Part shown: positions 16,871 through 25,325 of the stretch, one piece after another
Numbering within the stretch: position 1 is the stretch's first letter
Layout of the letters: every line of letters begins with the position of its first letter
Virus record (IMG/VR): IMGVR_UViG_3300024258_000029
Location: 1-49,778 of that record
Length of the DNA stretch: 49,778 nt
DNA from: a virus
Taxonomy: Duplodnaviria; Caudoviricetes
Strand: one strand, 5' to 3'
The notes under the pieces: generated by a model
The model's input: the letters and a program-made list of their open reading frames with translations, nothing else
Databases searched by the model: none
Told to the model about the DNA's origin: nothing
Program-made: the position numbers and the translations under genes

Positions 16871-16905
16871 ATGACAATTTACGGAGATTTTGCCAAAAAT
16901 TGTAA
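16871..16905 (+). promoter_or_regulatory. 35-bp enhancer-like element, copy 2
   Basis: ATGACAATTTACGGAGATTTTGCCAAAAATTGTAA, with near-inverted ends TGACAATTT / AAATTGTAA. Confidence 0.65.
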
Positions 16906-16978
16906 CATTTTAAATATTCTTTTATTCTGCTAAGCTTTGAAAACCCTATAAAATGGGCATTGTTATTATTTTACTTCT

Positions 16979-16994
16979 TGGCACGGGATATGCA
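16979..16994 (+). promoter_or_regulatory. Sigma54-type -24/-12 promoter
   Basis: TGGCACG-GGAT-ATGCA with exact GG-N10-GC spacing, about 50 nt upstream of ATG 17042. Confidence 0.75.
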
Positions 16995-17041
16995 ATACAT
17001 CATATGTATATGAACATTAACTTAATTTAAGGGAGAGCAAA

Positions 17042-17344
17042 ATGGAATTCAAAAGAAATCTAAAAAGTTTAGACAACAAAACAGGCGAAAAAATCAGAAA
17101 AGAAATCAAGGGAGTCCTGACTGACCATGAAAAATATCAGGGATGCTATTTCTGGACTCAGACAGGCAATGCAAGCTCAAGACGTAGACAAGAATTTGAT
17201 TATAATCTGGTTTTTAATTTTAATGGAACTAAATATGAAATCAATCAGTCCTTGGATATATCCTGTAAAAATTTTTACTACAGACTGAACATCGAAAAGA
17301 ATGGCAAAAGGTCAAACATCAGAGCAATCAAATCAATTATATAA
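17042..17344 (+). CDS. Hypothetical basic protein
   Basis: AAGGGAG RBS; 100 aa. Confidence 0.75.
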   Translation: MEFKRNLKSLDNKTGEKIRKEIKGVLTDHEKYQGCYFWTQTGNASSRRRQEFDYNLVFNFNGTKYEINQSLDISCKNFYYRLNIEKNGKRSNIRAIKSII

Positions 17345-17354
17345 GGGAGATGAA

Positions 17355-17651
17355 ATGAAATTCACAACAGAATTACCGAAAGGCATGGTTCAATGGCTCA
17401 AGGCACAGAAAAATCCAGTTGGAATTATTATGCTGGCTTTGTCAGAATATAGGCATAAAAGGGCATTACCTCTCACTTGTGATGATTTCAAGTTTGGTGA
17501 TATGGTTCAGAGCAACGATGAAAAATATGTAGTTGTTGGAGTCCAACCTAACAACGGCAGACATGGTTCTATTGTTGTATATAGTGATAATTCTTTAATT
17601 CCAACAGTCTTTTCACCGGAAGAACTTACGATAATTAAAAGGAGCAAATAA
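17355..17651 (+). CDS. Hypothetical protein (possible RHH-like N-terminus, SH3-like C-terminus)
   Basis: AAGGGAG RBS before MKFTTELP; FKFGDMV...YVVVGV...F.PEELT pattern. Confidence 0.6.
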   Translation: MKFTTELPKGMVQWLKAQKNPVGIIMLALSEYRHKRALPLTCDDFKFGDMVQSNDEKYVVVGVQPNNGRHGSIVVYSDNSLIPTVFSPEELTIIKRSK

Positions 17652-17654
17652 AAA

Positions 17655-17789
17655 ATGACTCAAGATGAACAGGATATAATAGATGCTTTGTTTATCGTGA
17701 TTGATGAATTTGAGAACAATCCTATTCCTGAAAACAATGGAACACTTATCGAAATTCTGCATGAACGCATTGAAACAATAAAAGGTTAA
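17655..17789 (+). CDS. Small acidic protein (44 aa, absent from the ORF track)
   Basis: AAGGAG RBS; MTQDEQDIIDALFIVIDEFENN...; ends just before a hairpin. Confidence 0.6.
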   Translation: MTQDEQDIIDALFIVIDEFENNPIPENNGTLIEILHERIETIKG

Positions 17790-17796
17790 CCCAAAT

Positions 17797-17820
17797 GCCC
17801 CGGTAATCATGCCGGGGCTT
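17797..17820. terminator. Hairpin between convergent units
   Basis: GCCCCGG-TAATCATG-CCGGGGC. Confidence 0.7.
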
Positions 17821-18218
17821 GCTCAAGCCAGAATCTTTCTGATCAGATGCCTGCATGTGCCGTGGTGCGTGTCAGTATGGTTGATAATTTCTCATGCCGT
17901 GTGGTATGGTTTTCGATTTTTTGCATACCTGTCTTTTGATGTCCGTTGTCACCTATACCAGATTGCTTTAAAACTTAGTCTTTCTCTTGTCATTATCAGG
18001 TAGGCTAATTACCGGGAGCCTGAAGAACCGCACCAGCTATTTTGGGATGGTTTAGCCAAACCACTATATTGTTTCCAATATAGATACTTATTCATCCAGA
18101 TTTTTGACCAATAAAACTTAGGATGCTGTTAAAAGGATGTGACATTTTGCCTGTTTTATCTTGGTAACCGAGTTTTACAGACCAAGATAGTCCGACATCA
18201 AAGACCGACAAGAGAAAT

Positions 18219-18345
18219 AAAAAAGCTCCACAAACCATTTCAGGCAGATGGAGCTTTATGGGTTTTTGGACTCCTGCTACGGATACGACTTTTAAAAAAG
18301 GCGTGAACCCAAAATTGTAATTGTTATTTTTAATCCGTAGCATAT
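18219..18345 (-). ncRNA. Candidate structured small RNA / leader
   Basis: Downstream of TTGACA-17-TATATT (18350-18378); TGCTACGGAT/ATCCGTAGCA and AAAGCTCCA/TGGAGCTTT stems followed by a U-run. Confidence 0.45.
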
Positions 18346-18374
18346 TAACAATATATTGTTTTTTAGATATAATG

Positions 18375-18572
18375 TCAAGAAGGATCTGGTTCACCCTTCA
18401 ACTCAAGATAGCTCATTCCGTTGCCAGCTATTCTTGGGTCAAGATTTTTAATGATATTATTGCGGTAATCTTCACACTTGGCTGAACAATATCCATTTAC
18501 CCGGTTCCCGATATAATCAACACCAAGATAATATTTGAAGCATTCCTTGCACCTTTTGACCTTATGTTTCAT
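18375..18572 (-). CDS. Hypothetical Zn-binding protein
   Basis: CKEC...YCSAKC motif; GGGAG RBS. Confidence 0.6.
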   Translation of the reverse strand: MKHKVKRCKECFKYYLGVDYIGNRVNGYCSAKCEDYRNNIIKNLDPRIAGNGMSYLELKGEPDPS

Positions 18573-18901
18573 TAAAATTCTCCCTATGGTTTTCGATTCC
18601 CAGGCACACCCTGGGCGGTTCAGATTTTTTAAAGAGGATTATAATCCCCGTTAATTCTACTGTGGTTTCTAATTTCTCACGCACATTCGGGTGGTTCACG
18701 TTTTGTTGGATGGTTTTTAATTGCCGCCATGCGAGATCCACCACCAATTCTTACCCCCTCTCCAACCTTCCCAGTTTCTGATTAAGCTGATTATGAATAG
18801 TGTTATTATGGTTCCAAAAAATACCCATACGATTATTCCTGTTGTCAACAAAACTGATCTGATTATCCATACTATGGTTTCCATTTTAATCTCCTTTTAA
18901 T

Positions 18902-19156
18902 TCATTGTCCAGATCTGTGATAAGCCCGACAATCAAACATGGGTTTAACGCAGAATCCGCACCAAATAAAGTTGCGACAATTCAATATATTAGCTGCTTC
19001 CTCTTCCAGTATTTTTAATCGTTTCCGGTTATTTTCTTTGACATATGCAGCGTGTATTTTCCTCTGGCATTTCTTGCAGTGCTTCTGTTTTGTGATTGGT
19101 TTATAACCCTGATATTCCTGTTCACACATTTCACATATCTTTGTTATGAATTTCAT
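18902..19156 (-). CDS. Hypothetical Zn-finger protein
   Basis: CEMC...CKKC motif; coupled to the YopX-like gene. Confidence 0.6.
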   Translation of the reverse strand: MKFITKICEMCEQEYQGYKPITKQKHCKKCQRKIHAAYVKENNRKRLKILEEEAANILNCRNFIWCGFCVKPMFDCRAYHRSGQ

Positions 19157-19497
19157 TATTCTCCTTCCAGTAAGTGTTTATCCTGATAAATATTTCCAAT
19201 AACTTCATCCTCAGACAAAGTATCCCCCATCCCAAAAATTGAATCAACCGACTCCCTGCCTGGATCTTTTATCACAAAGCTGCCGTCTTGGAATCCGATG
19301 CTGTAGATGAAAGAATGATTGAACACATCGTCTGCGGTTGCTTTTAGGATATCACCATCGTATATCTCTATTCCTTGTCTGTCCTTAAATCCTGTGCATA
19401 GCATTAAAGAACTTGTTGGATATAATCCTGGGAACCCAAGTGGATTATAAATCATACTTCCTGTTGTTTTGTCGAATGCTCTAAATTTCATTTCCAT
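19156..19497 (-). CDS. YopX family protein
   Basis: MKFRAFD...TGFKDRQGIEIYDGDI...EVIGNIYQ signature. Confidence 0.9.
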   Translation of the reverse strand: MEMKFRAFDKTTGSMIYNPLGFPGLYPTSSLMLCTGFKDRQGIEIYDGDILKATADDVFNHSFIYSIGFQDGSFVIKDPGRESVDSIFGMGDTLSEDEVIGNIYQDKHLLEGE

Positions 19498-19512
19498 TAT
19501 TTTCTCCTTTAT

Positions 19513-19740
19513 TTAATTTAACCCATTAGCCATATTCCACAAAGTCCGTCTTATCTGGTTCTTTTTTTCTTTCAATGGTTTCTGTTTTTTGAACTTTGCT
19601 ATGCGATTATAAAGCAAAGAAACAGCATTATTGAGTTCTCTGCACTCTTTATGGAGTTGAACCGGTCTTCCGGTTCTTTGTTTGGATGAACCTTCTATTT
19701 TTAAACCGCAAACATAGCAAACAACATCTTCCATATACAC
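19513..19740 (-). CDS. Hypothetical protein
   Basis: CxxC...HxxC; co-oriented. Confidence 0.55.
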   Translation of the reverse strand: MYMEDVVCYVCGLKIEGSSKQRTGRPVQLHKECRELNNAVSLLYNRIAKFKKQKPLKEKKNQIRRTLWNMANGLN

Positions 19741-19778
19741 CTACCCTTACCTTTTTTTAAAATTGCCGTTTAGACGTA

Positions 19779-20504
19779 CTAAACTGTTTTTGGCTTATCA
19801 GTTTTCTCAAATTCAGTTACGAAAACCATAGGATTTGCTTTCCAAGAAATATCAGTTCCATCTTTTCTGGGTTTGCCGTTGATTGAATCCCATAACCGAA
19901 AAAAACTTGTATAAGCGTTCGGAGCATATACGTCATAACCTCCTTGTTTAACACCATAAAAAGCCTGGCCTGACATTGTGCTGTACGGTTCCATAAGTCG
20001 TATTCCCTCTGCCAAGGCATCCTCTTCAGAAATATCCTGTAACCTTTCCACTCTGATATCCTTTACTTTTAACCAGAGTCTCACTGCCCATTTAGGTACA
20101 TGAATTGATGGAGTCCATTTTAAGCCATAATCCCTCATGGCACTCTCTCCATGCCCATCTGCTTTATATGAAACATATCTTAAATCGCCATCATAGTCTT
20201 TGACACAAGAATCATCTGGATTAGCGAATCTTTTTGGTGCAATACAAGTTGTTTCCCGAACCCAGAGGATAGATCCCTTTTCCCCATATGGGCATCTAAA
20301 ATATTCTGGTTCACAATATTCATAATCCCAAAAATATTTTCCTATATTCTTCTTGTTTGCTTTTTGGGTTGTATCTAAAAGGGTATTGAGCCTGTAATAA
20401 GGTTCTGGTGGTTGAATTTTACAGACCCTTCTTGTCTGGGTTTTCCTTCCATCTAATATGGCCCTCACCATTTCAGGTTTAAATAAAATAGGGTGTTGTT
20501 TCAT
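19779..20504 (-). CDS. ASCH/PUA-like phage protein
   Basis: PILF..EMVRAILDGRKTQTRR...CPYG..G..LWVRET...W.PSIH.P...RVERLQDISEEDA.AEG signature. Confidence 0.85.
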   Translation of the reverse strand: MKQHPILFKPEMVRAILDGRKTQTRRVCKIQPPEPYYRLNTLLDTTQKANKKNIGKYFWDYEYCEPEYFRCPYGEKGSILWVRETTCIAPKRFANPDDSCVKDYDGDLRYVSYKADGHGESAMRDYGLKWTPSIHVPKWAVRLWLKVKDIRVERLQDISEEDALAEGIRLMEPYSTMSGQAFYGVKQGGYDVYAPNAYTSFFRLWDSINGKPRKDGTDISWKANPMVFVTEFEKTDKPKTV

Positions 20505-20899
20505 TTTCTCTCCTTCACATAAATTTCACCAGCTTCCAAATAAAAATCAGCTATCCTTGGAACCCAGTGTGTTGCTTTCTTGCCCCTTACCTTTTTCAGC
20601 TTTCTCCATGCCCAGATTTGCAGTTTGCCACCGTTTTTAAGCCACTGCATGGTATTGACCCTCTTTTCATCTCTGAGCTTCCTGATATGTTTCATGTAGT
20701 CACCTGACCCACCACAACATTGGATACCTACAATCCCATTATCCAACACAACCAGATCAATTATGGAAAATAGATCTTCATTATGACCTCTTGGATATTT
20801 CTTAGATGGTGGAAACCATTTCTCGCCTTTGTCATAACCGATGCCTCTGACCAATCCTTTGAATCTTAGGACTTTGGTTGTTCTTTCGTATGGAGTCAT
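20501..20899 (-). CDS. Putative PD-(D/E)xK-fold nuclease / resolvase-like protein
   Basis: DLFSIIDLVVL...GIQC pattern; typical position for a resolvase-like gene. Confidence 0.45.
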   Translation of the reverse strand: MTPYERTTKVLRFKGLVRGIGYDKGEKWFPPSKKYPRGHNEDLFSIIDLVVLDNGIVGIQCCGGSGDYMKHIRKLRDEKRVNTMQWLKNGGKLQIWAWRKLKKVRGKKATHWVPRIADFYLEAGEIYVKERK

Positions 20900-20902
20900 A
20901 AT

Positions 20903-21241
20903 TTATCCTTCACAAAAGATTGTTTTGCCAGCACAAATACCATCACAGTGTGAGCAGTAATTTATTTCAGGACTCGTTAACCTGTATTCCCATAACCCAT
21001 CCGACTCAACACCCCTTCTCTTTTTATTCACAATATAACCACCAAACCGCTTCTTCCTTAAATGTCTTAATTGAGCGGAAATTGAAGCCTGTGGGTCTTT
21101 GGTTAAAAAATTAATTTCATCTAATGTTCTCCAATTCCCGTCAATCATAACTTCATAAATTCTACCAATTTGTTTTGTTAATCTTTTATGATCTAATTTC
21201 GGGTCATAGTCTGGGCCATTAAAATGAGGTTCTTGTGCCAT
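20903..21241 (-). CDS. Winged-HTH protein
   Basis: WRTLDEI....DPQASISAQLRHLRK..FGGY.V pattern. Confidence 0.7.
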   Translation of the reverse strand: MAQEPHFNGPDYDPKLDHKRLTKQIGRIYEVMIDGNWRTLDEINFLTKDPQASISAQLRHLRKKRFGGYIVNKKRRGVESDGLWEYRLTSPEINYCSHCDGICAGKTIFCEG

Positions 21242-21411
21242 TATTTCTCCTTTTTTGGATTATAGTTTTTAATCAACATCGCAACCATTTCATCAACTGT
21301 TAATTCTGAATGAACGAATATATAAAACTTTTCATTTTCACCATGAAACATTTCTGTCATCTTTAAAATCGACAACTTTACCATCACCGCAACCACCAAC
21401 TAATAAATATT

Positions 21412-22332
21412 TCATATAGCTATCTCCCTTTCCCTTAAAACTTCAAATGCCAGTGTATTTCCAGACATTGCATAACGATTTAATGTTTCATCATCCATTC
21501 TCCGAAACTTTTTAAGATTCTCTTCTTTTGCATGTTGATTATCTTCAGATTCTGCACCATAATTTGTTGGCAAGAAATCAAAACAATAATCCTCATTTAA
21601 CCCATAAAAGTTTGCAGGATTTTTCCGGTACTGAGGATCTTTTGGCATGTCGTTTTTATAATTACGAAAAGCAGAAATTAAATACCTTTCAGTTCTACCA
21701 CGATTAAGCCATGTTTCAATATTTTTAACTGACCTTTGTTTGGTCTTTAGCTTTGGTTGAATTTCGGCAAGATATAGTGAATATATTTTTTCTGCGGTTG
21801 AATTGTAATTGATTTTTGGAACTGATTTTGGCTTTTCAGGATCTGGTATTTCTTCTATGTCTTTTGTGTCTTTTGTGTCTTTATTATTGTTTATGTTTAT
21901 GTTTATATCTTTTAGGTGGGTATCTATAGCCTTTCTGATTTCTGGATAGCCTATGTATAGGCTATTGGGTTTATTTGTTTTATCCTTTAAAAACAATAAG
22001 ATACTCTTTGGAAACCTGAATATTTCATTTTTAATAGCAATCATCATCTTTGGGTTCGGTTTCTGGTATTTTAGGAAATTTGTAACAATAATATGGTTAT
22101 CAACCCAAAAAATCTTGTCTGCCTGTGAAAACAATTTGATGGTTTTTTCAAGCTGTTTTAATTCTATTTCTGTATCAAAACAGATCCTTTTTTTTGTGAT
22201 AGGATATACCCCAGACAAAGATACCAACTCATTTGTTATGAAGTATAAGAACATGGCTTTTTCTTGAAGCGTTAATTCTTCTATAAAAGGATCACTCCAA
22301 AAACCACTGTTAATCAGTTTGTTTTTAGCCAT
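21412..22332 (-). CDS. Replication initiator protein (lambda O / DnaD-like architecture)
   Basis: FWSDPFIEEL...K..FLY wHTH-type N-terminus, low-complexity linker with internal repeats, YRKNPANF C-terminal motif. Confidence 0.75.
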   Translation of the reverse strand: MAKNKLINSGFWSDPFIEELTLQEKAMFLYFITNELVSLSGVYPITKKRICFDTEIELKQLEKTIKLFSQADKIFWVDNHIIVTNFLKYQKPNPKMMIAIKNEIFRFPKSILLFLKDKTNKPNSLYIGYPEIRKAIDTHLKDINININNNKDTKDTKDIEEIPDPEKPKSVPKINYNSTAEKIYSLYLAEIQPKLKTKQRSVKNIETWLNRGRTERYLISAFRNYKNDMPKDPQYRKNPANFYGLNEDYCFDFLPTNYGAESEDNQHAKEENLKKFRRMDDETLNRYAMSGNTLAFEVLREREIAI

Positions 22333-22334
22333 GA

Positions 22335-22514
22335 CTACTCCTTTATAAAATTTTCAATAGCTTCCATGACCTCTGTATTTATCCGGTCTTCTTCATTTAA
22401 TTGAATTATAAAATAAGGGTAAGTGACCCCTGAAAGATAGTTTTTATGAAACCACTTAAAGGATCTACCCTCTGTTCTCATTTTTGCCTTAAATCTCTGT
22501 ACTTTACTTTTCAT
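22335..22514 (-). CDS. Small Cro-like regulator (59 aa, absent from the ORF track)
   Basis: MKSKVQRFKAKMRTEGRSFKWFHKNYLSGVTYPYFIIQLN...; GGGAG RBS; own TTGACT-17-TAGATT promoter (22546-22574); directly before the initiator. Confidence 0.55.
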   Translation of the reverse strand: MKSKVQRFKAKMRTEGRSFKWFHKNYLSGVTYPYFIIQLNEEDRINTEVMEAIENFIKE

Positions 22515-22795
22515 TTTATCTCCCTGTTTGTTATTCTATAATAATAATCTATACCGATAAAAAAACAAAGTCAATGTTTTATTTATAACCCAAATCGACC
22601 AGCTTTTCTTCTTTTTGTGGTAGCATTATTTTCCCCCCAGATAACTTTCAATAGCATCCAAGACATTACTCTGAATCTCCCCAGTGTGAATCTGCTGCTG
22701 GAAATAAGTGAAATTTAATTGCTTGCGTAAATATTTCCTGTGGAACCATGAGAGCGATTTTCCAGATTCTTTTAGCTTTTGCTTGAAATCTTCTA

Positions 22796-23065
22796 TCATA
22801 TTATCTCCTTTTTAATAATCAATTCTCCACTATCAATTTTGGTATGGCATCCAAACCCACACAGCAAAGCGAGATTAGATAATTCATCCCCACCACCAGC
22901 ACCTCTTGTCTTGATATGGTGCGGGGATGCTTCATTCCTTTTCAATAACCTTCCACACCCCTGACATACATGGGCTTCCCTATCATAAAGTTCATCAACC
23001 CTTACTGTCCATGCCTTAGACGGCTTTTTGAGTCTTTCTATGTCTGGTTTTGGATTGCCTATCAT
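22796..23065 (-). CDS. Small HNH endonuclease
   Basis: CQGC...HHIKTRGAGGGD..NLALLC...CH. Confidence 0.85.
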   Translation of the reverse strand: MIGNPKPDIERLKKPSKAWTVRVDELYDREAHVCQGCGRLLKRNEASPHHIKTRGAGGGDELSNLALLCGFGCHTKIDSGELIIKKEII

Positions 23066-23101
23066 TATTTCTCCTTGGTTAATCTTAATATATTATATAG
23101 A

Positions 23102-23356
23102 TTAACGACCTTTATAATTTTTGGCCGCATTTTTTCTGCAAATTTTATCAGCTTCTTTAAGGTTTTCACCTTGCAAGATAATTGCTAAAATTTTATGAGC
23201 ATATTTTTCATCCTGATTGCACACGATGTATTTATTATCAGGTAAATCAAGCTGCTTTAAGGCTTCAAAAAAAACGTCAACATCATATTCTTTGTTCAAT
23301 TCATCCAAATGTTTTCTATTTATTACAATAAATTTTTCTTTAAATTCTGCACTCAT
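23102..23356 (-). CDS. Hypothetical protein
   Basis: KFIVIN.K...NKYIVCNQDEKYA; GGAAGGA RBS. Confidence 0.65.
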   Translation of the reverse strand: MSAEFKEKFIVINRKHLDELNKEYDVDVFFEALKQLDLPDNKYIVCNQDEKYAHKILAIILQGENLKEADKICRKNAAKNYKGR

Positions 23357-23421
23357 TTTTTATTTTCCTTCCATTATGGTATATACATCATTTAGTTGTC
23401 CGGCTAATAGGCTCACTGACG

Positions 23422-23652
23422 CTATATTTTACCGTATTGACAAGACTCATCGTCTTTAAAAAACTCACAAAGGCTACCCTGGGGGCAGTTGCAGACATTG
23501 GACGACTGGTTGAAATAATTAAGGGCCGTCGTGTAGGCATCAATACTGCCCTGACAGATACCGGCAAGATAGGTGTTTCCATCGCCGTGGTGTTTTTTCT
23601 CGGAGGCCTTCCAATACTTTAAATCTCTTTCAATCTGTTCTTTAATTTCCAT
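23422..23652 (-). CDS. Hypothetical protein
   Basis: GGAG RBS; co-oriented. Confidence 0.55.
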   Translation of the reverse strand: MEIKEQIERDLKYWKASEKKHHGDGNTYLAGICQGSIDAYTTALNYFNQSSNVCNCPQGSLCEFFKDDESCQYGKI

Positions 23653-23677
23653 AAGTCCGCTCCAATATTATGATAAC

Positions 23678-23768
23678 CGGTGTGGGAGAGAACTGGTTAG
23701 CCCCATTGCGTACCAGCCCTGTTGCTTCACGCACAACATTTCACCCTGTTTTACCCCTCCCACATCCG
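23678..23768 (-). ncRNA. Candidate multi-stem ncRNA
   Basis: Outer stem CGG(A)TGTGGGAG/CTCCCACACCG enclosing TGTTG/CAACA and GGGCTGGT/ACCAGTTC hairpins. Confidence 0.45.
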
Positions 23769-23878
23769 TGTTCATTATTTTATTATGTGCAACCCTGTTG
23801 CCCCATTCTCAGGCCCATCCTGATCCGAATTGCTTCAGACAGCAGTGTGTTATCCGTTAAATACATCATTTAAAATAA

Positions 23879-24100
23879 TTAAATCTCAATCTCAACAGTA
23901 CGTCTAATTTCACCATCTGGCCCTTTGTATCTCCGCATTCTGATGAACTTCTTCAGCCCAAATATGAAATCAAATTTCTGCCTATATTTCTTGCACCCGT
24001 CTGTGTTCCTTGGCAAGCTGTGTGTTACCTTTGAATATGCCCAAAAGCTCTTATCGTTTTTATTTTTGGATACACCTATCATTTCACACTCCAATTCCAC
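23879..24100 (-). CDS. Hypothetical protein
   Basis: Coupled to the upstream NinB-like gene. Confidence 0.5.
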   Translation of the reverse strand: MELECEMIGVSKNKNDKSFWAYSKVTHSLPRNTDGCKKYRQKFDFIFGLKKFIRMRRYKGPDGEIRRTVEIEI

Positions 24101-24471
24101 TCAGTTTCATTCGGCAGCATCACAAGTATATTCAATTCCATGCTTGCGAATCGCCTGACATTTTCCAGATATTCTTCCATCTGCTTTGTGTTCAGTCTTG
24201 TTGTTGACTTGACAAATTTTTCTCCCAGATTTTCATAACTCAAGAATTGTTTCTGCATCAACTGATGGATTTCCTCTGGCAGATATCCAAGCTCTGCACC
24301 GATTGTTTTGTAGACTACTCCCCACATGTACGCATTCTGCTTTTGGGATCTGGTCATTTTGTTATCAGGCATACCAGCTTTAAAAGCGTGTTCACGGATT
24401 AGGTCAACCGCTTTTCTATGGTACTGCATTTTGGTTAATGGGTGCTTGGTTTTATATTCTTCAAAAATCAT
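24079..24471 (-). CDS. NinB/Orf-like recombination protein
   Basis: RSQKQNAYMWG...H..M...F...STTRL....M..Y.E signature. Confidence 0.8.
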   Translation of the reverse strand: MIFEEYKTKHPLTKMQYHRKAVDLIREHAFKAGMPDNKMTRSQKQNAYMWGVVYKTIGAELGYLPEEIHQLMQKQFLSYENLGEKFVKSTTRLNTKQMEEYLENVRRFASMELNILVMLPNETEWNWSVK

Positions 24472-25325
24472 ATCTTATACCTGTAATTATTCCACCCCTC
24501 TGCAATGGTTTTATATTTTCGCCATGAGAATGTATCCATAAACCGCTTAAAAGCTCTTGCCCTCTTGCTTGCCTTTGTCTTGCCAAGGTATGGCATTATG
24601 TATGGGTCAAATTTATACTTAATGATTTTTTCGCATCTGTAGAAATCTTCTTCAAGCGTTGTGTCATATCCGCATAGAACATAAATTCTGGTTCTAAGTT
24701 TATACTTTCGAGCAATTTTTAATCCTCTGATCATCAAGGCATCATCCTGTATTCTGTCCCATGCAAAGAAACACCATTTCAGCCACTTGGTTTTTTTCAG
24801 AGCCTCTGCCTTTTCTTCATCAAGCAACCTTAAATCATACCCATTAGCATCCTCAACCGTTAAATCTGCATCCCATATTTCTTCAAAGGTTTCCTTCCAT
24901 CGTGGATCTTGGAATGTGTTGTTATTGAGGAGCAAAATGTTTTTAAATTCAGAATTATGAAATTCCCAGATGCTATGATGCTCAACGTCTGGATGAACCA
25001 TTTTCGGAACATAACAAAAATCACAGGTGTTGAAACATGGTCTAAAAGTATATCCTAGACTGAAATTATACCCGTATAGATCATAATCGGGTTTCATCTC
25101 ATTGATATAATCAGGAAGAACACTTCCGCTAAAAACTGGGCCACCATATTCGTCTGCCACAAATTCATTTTTATTTCTTTCATACAGGATTGAAGCATAG
25201 GTATAATCAGCAGGAAAAATAGGGGCATTAAGCATTACTTCATCGCATTCAGCTTTGTGGTATGCAGATATTTTCATCAGAGCAAGATTGTGATGTGGGG
25301 CATCAGAAAGTAAACTTATCTTCAT
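24468..25325 (-). CDS. Radical SAM protein (phage type)
   Basis: NLALMKISAYHK N-terminus; CFNTCDFCYVP CxxxCxxC motif; FAWD and YVLCGYDTT motifs. Confidence 0.88.
   Translation of the reverse strand: MKISLLSDAPHHNLALMKISAYHKAECDEVMLNAPIFPADYTYASILYERNKNEFVADEYGGPVFSGSVLPDYINEMKPDYDLYGYNFSLGYTFRPCFNTCDFCYVPKMVHPDVEHHSIWEFHNSEFKNILLLNNNTFQDPRWKETFEEIWDADLTVEDANGYDLRLLDEEKAEALKKTKWLKWCFFAWDRIQDDALMIRGLKIARKYKLRTRIYVLCGYDTTLEEDFYRCEKIIKYKFDPYIMPYLGKTKASKRARAFKRFMDTFSWRKYKTIAEGWNNYRYKI

Noticed and set aside
16452-16874. ORFs 16452-16742 (-) and 16623-16874 (+)
   Set aside because: They overlap repeat arrays and their peptide repeats simply mirror the DNA repeats.
23678-23768. tRNA gene
   Set aside because: No T-loop GTTCRA, D-loop or anticodon arm geometry; kept only as a generic structured RNA candidate.
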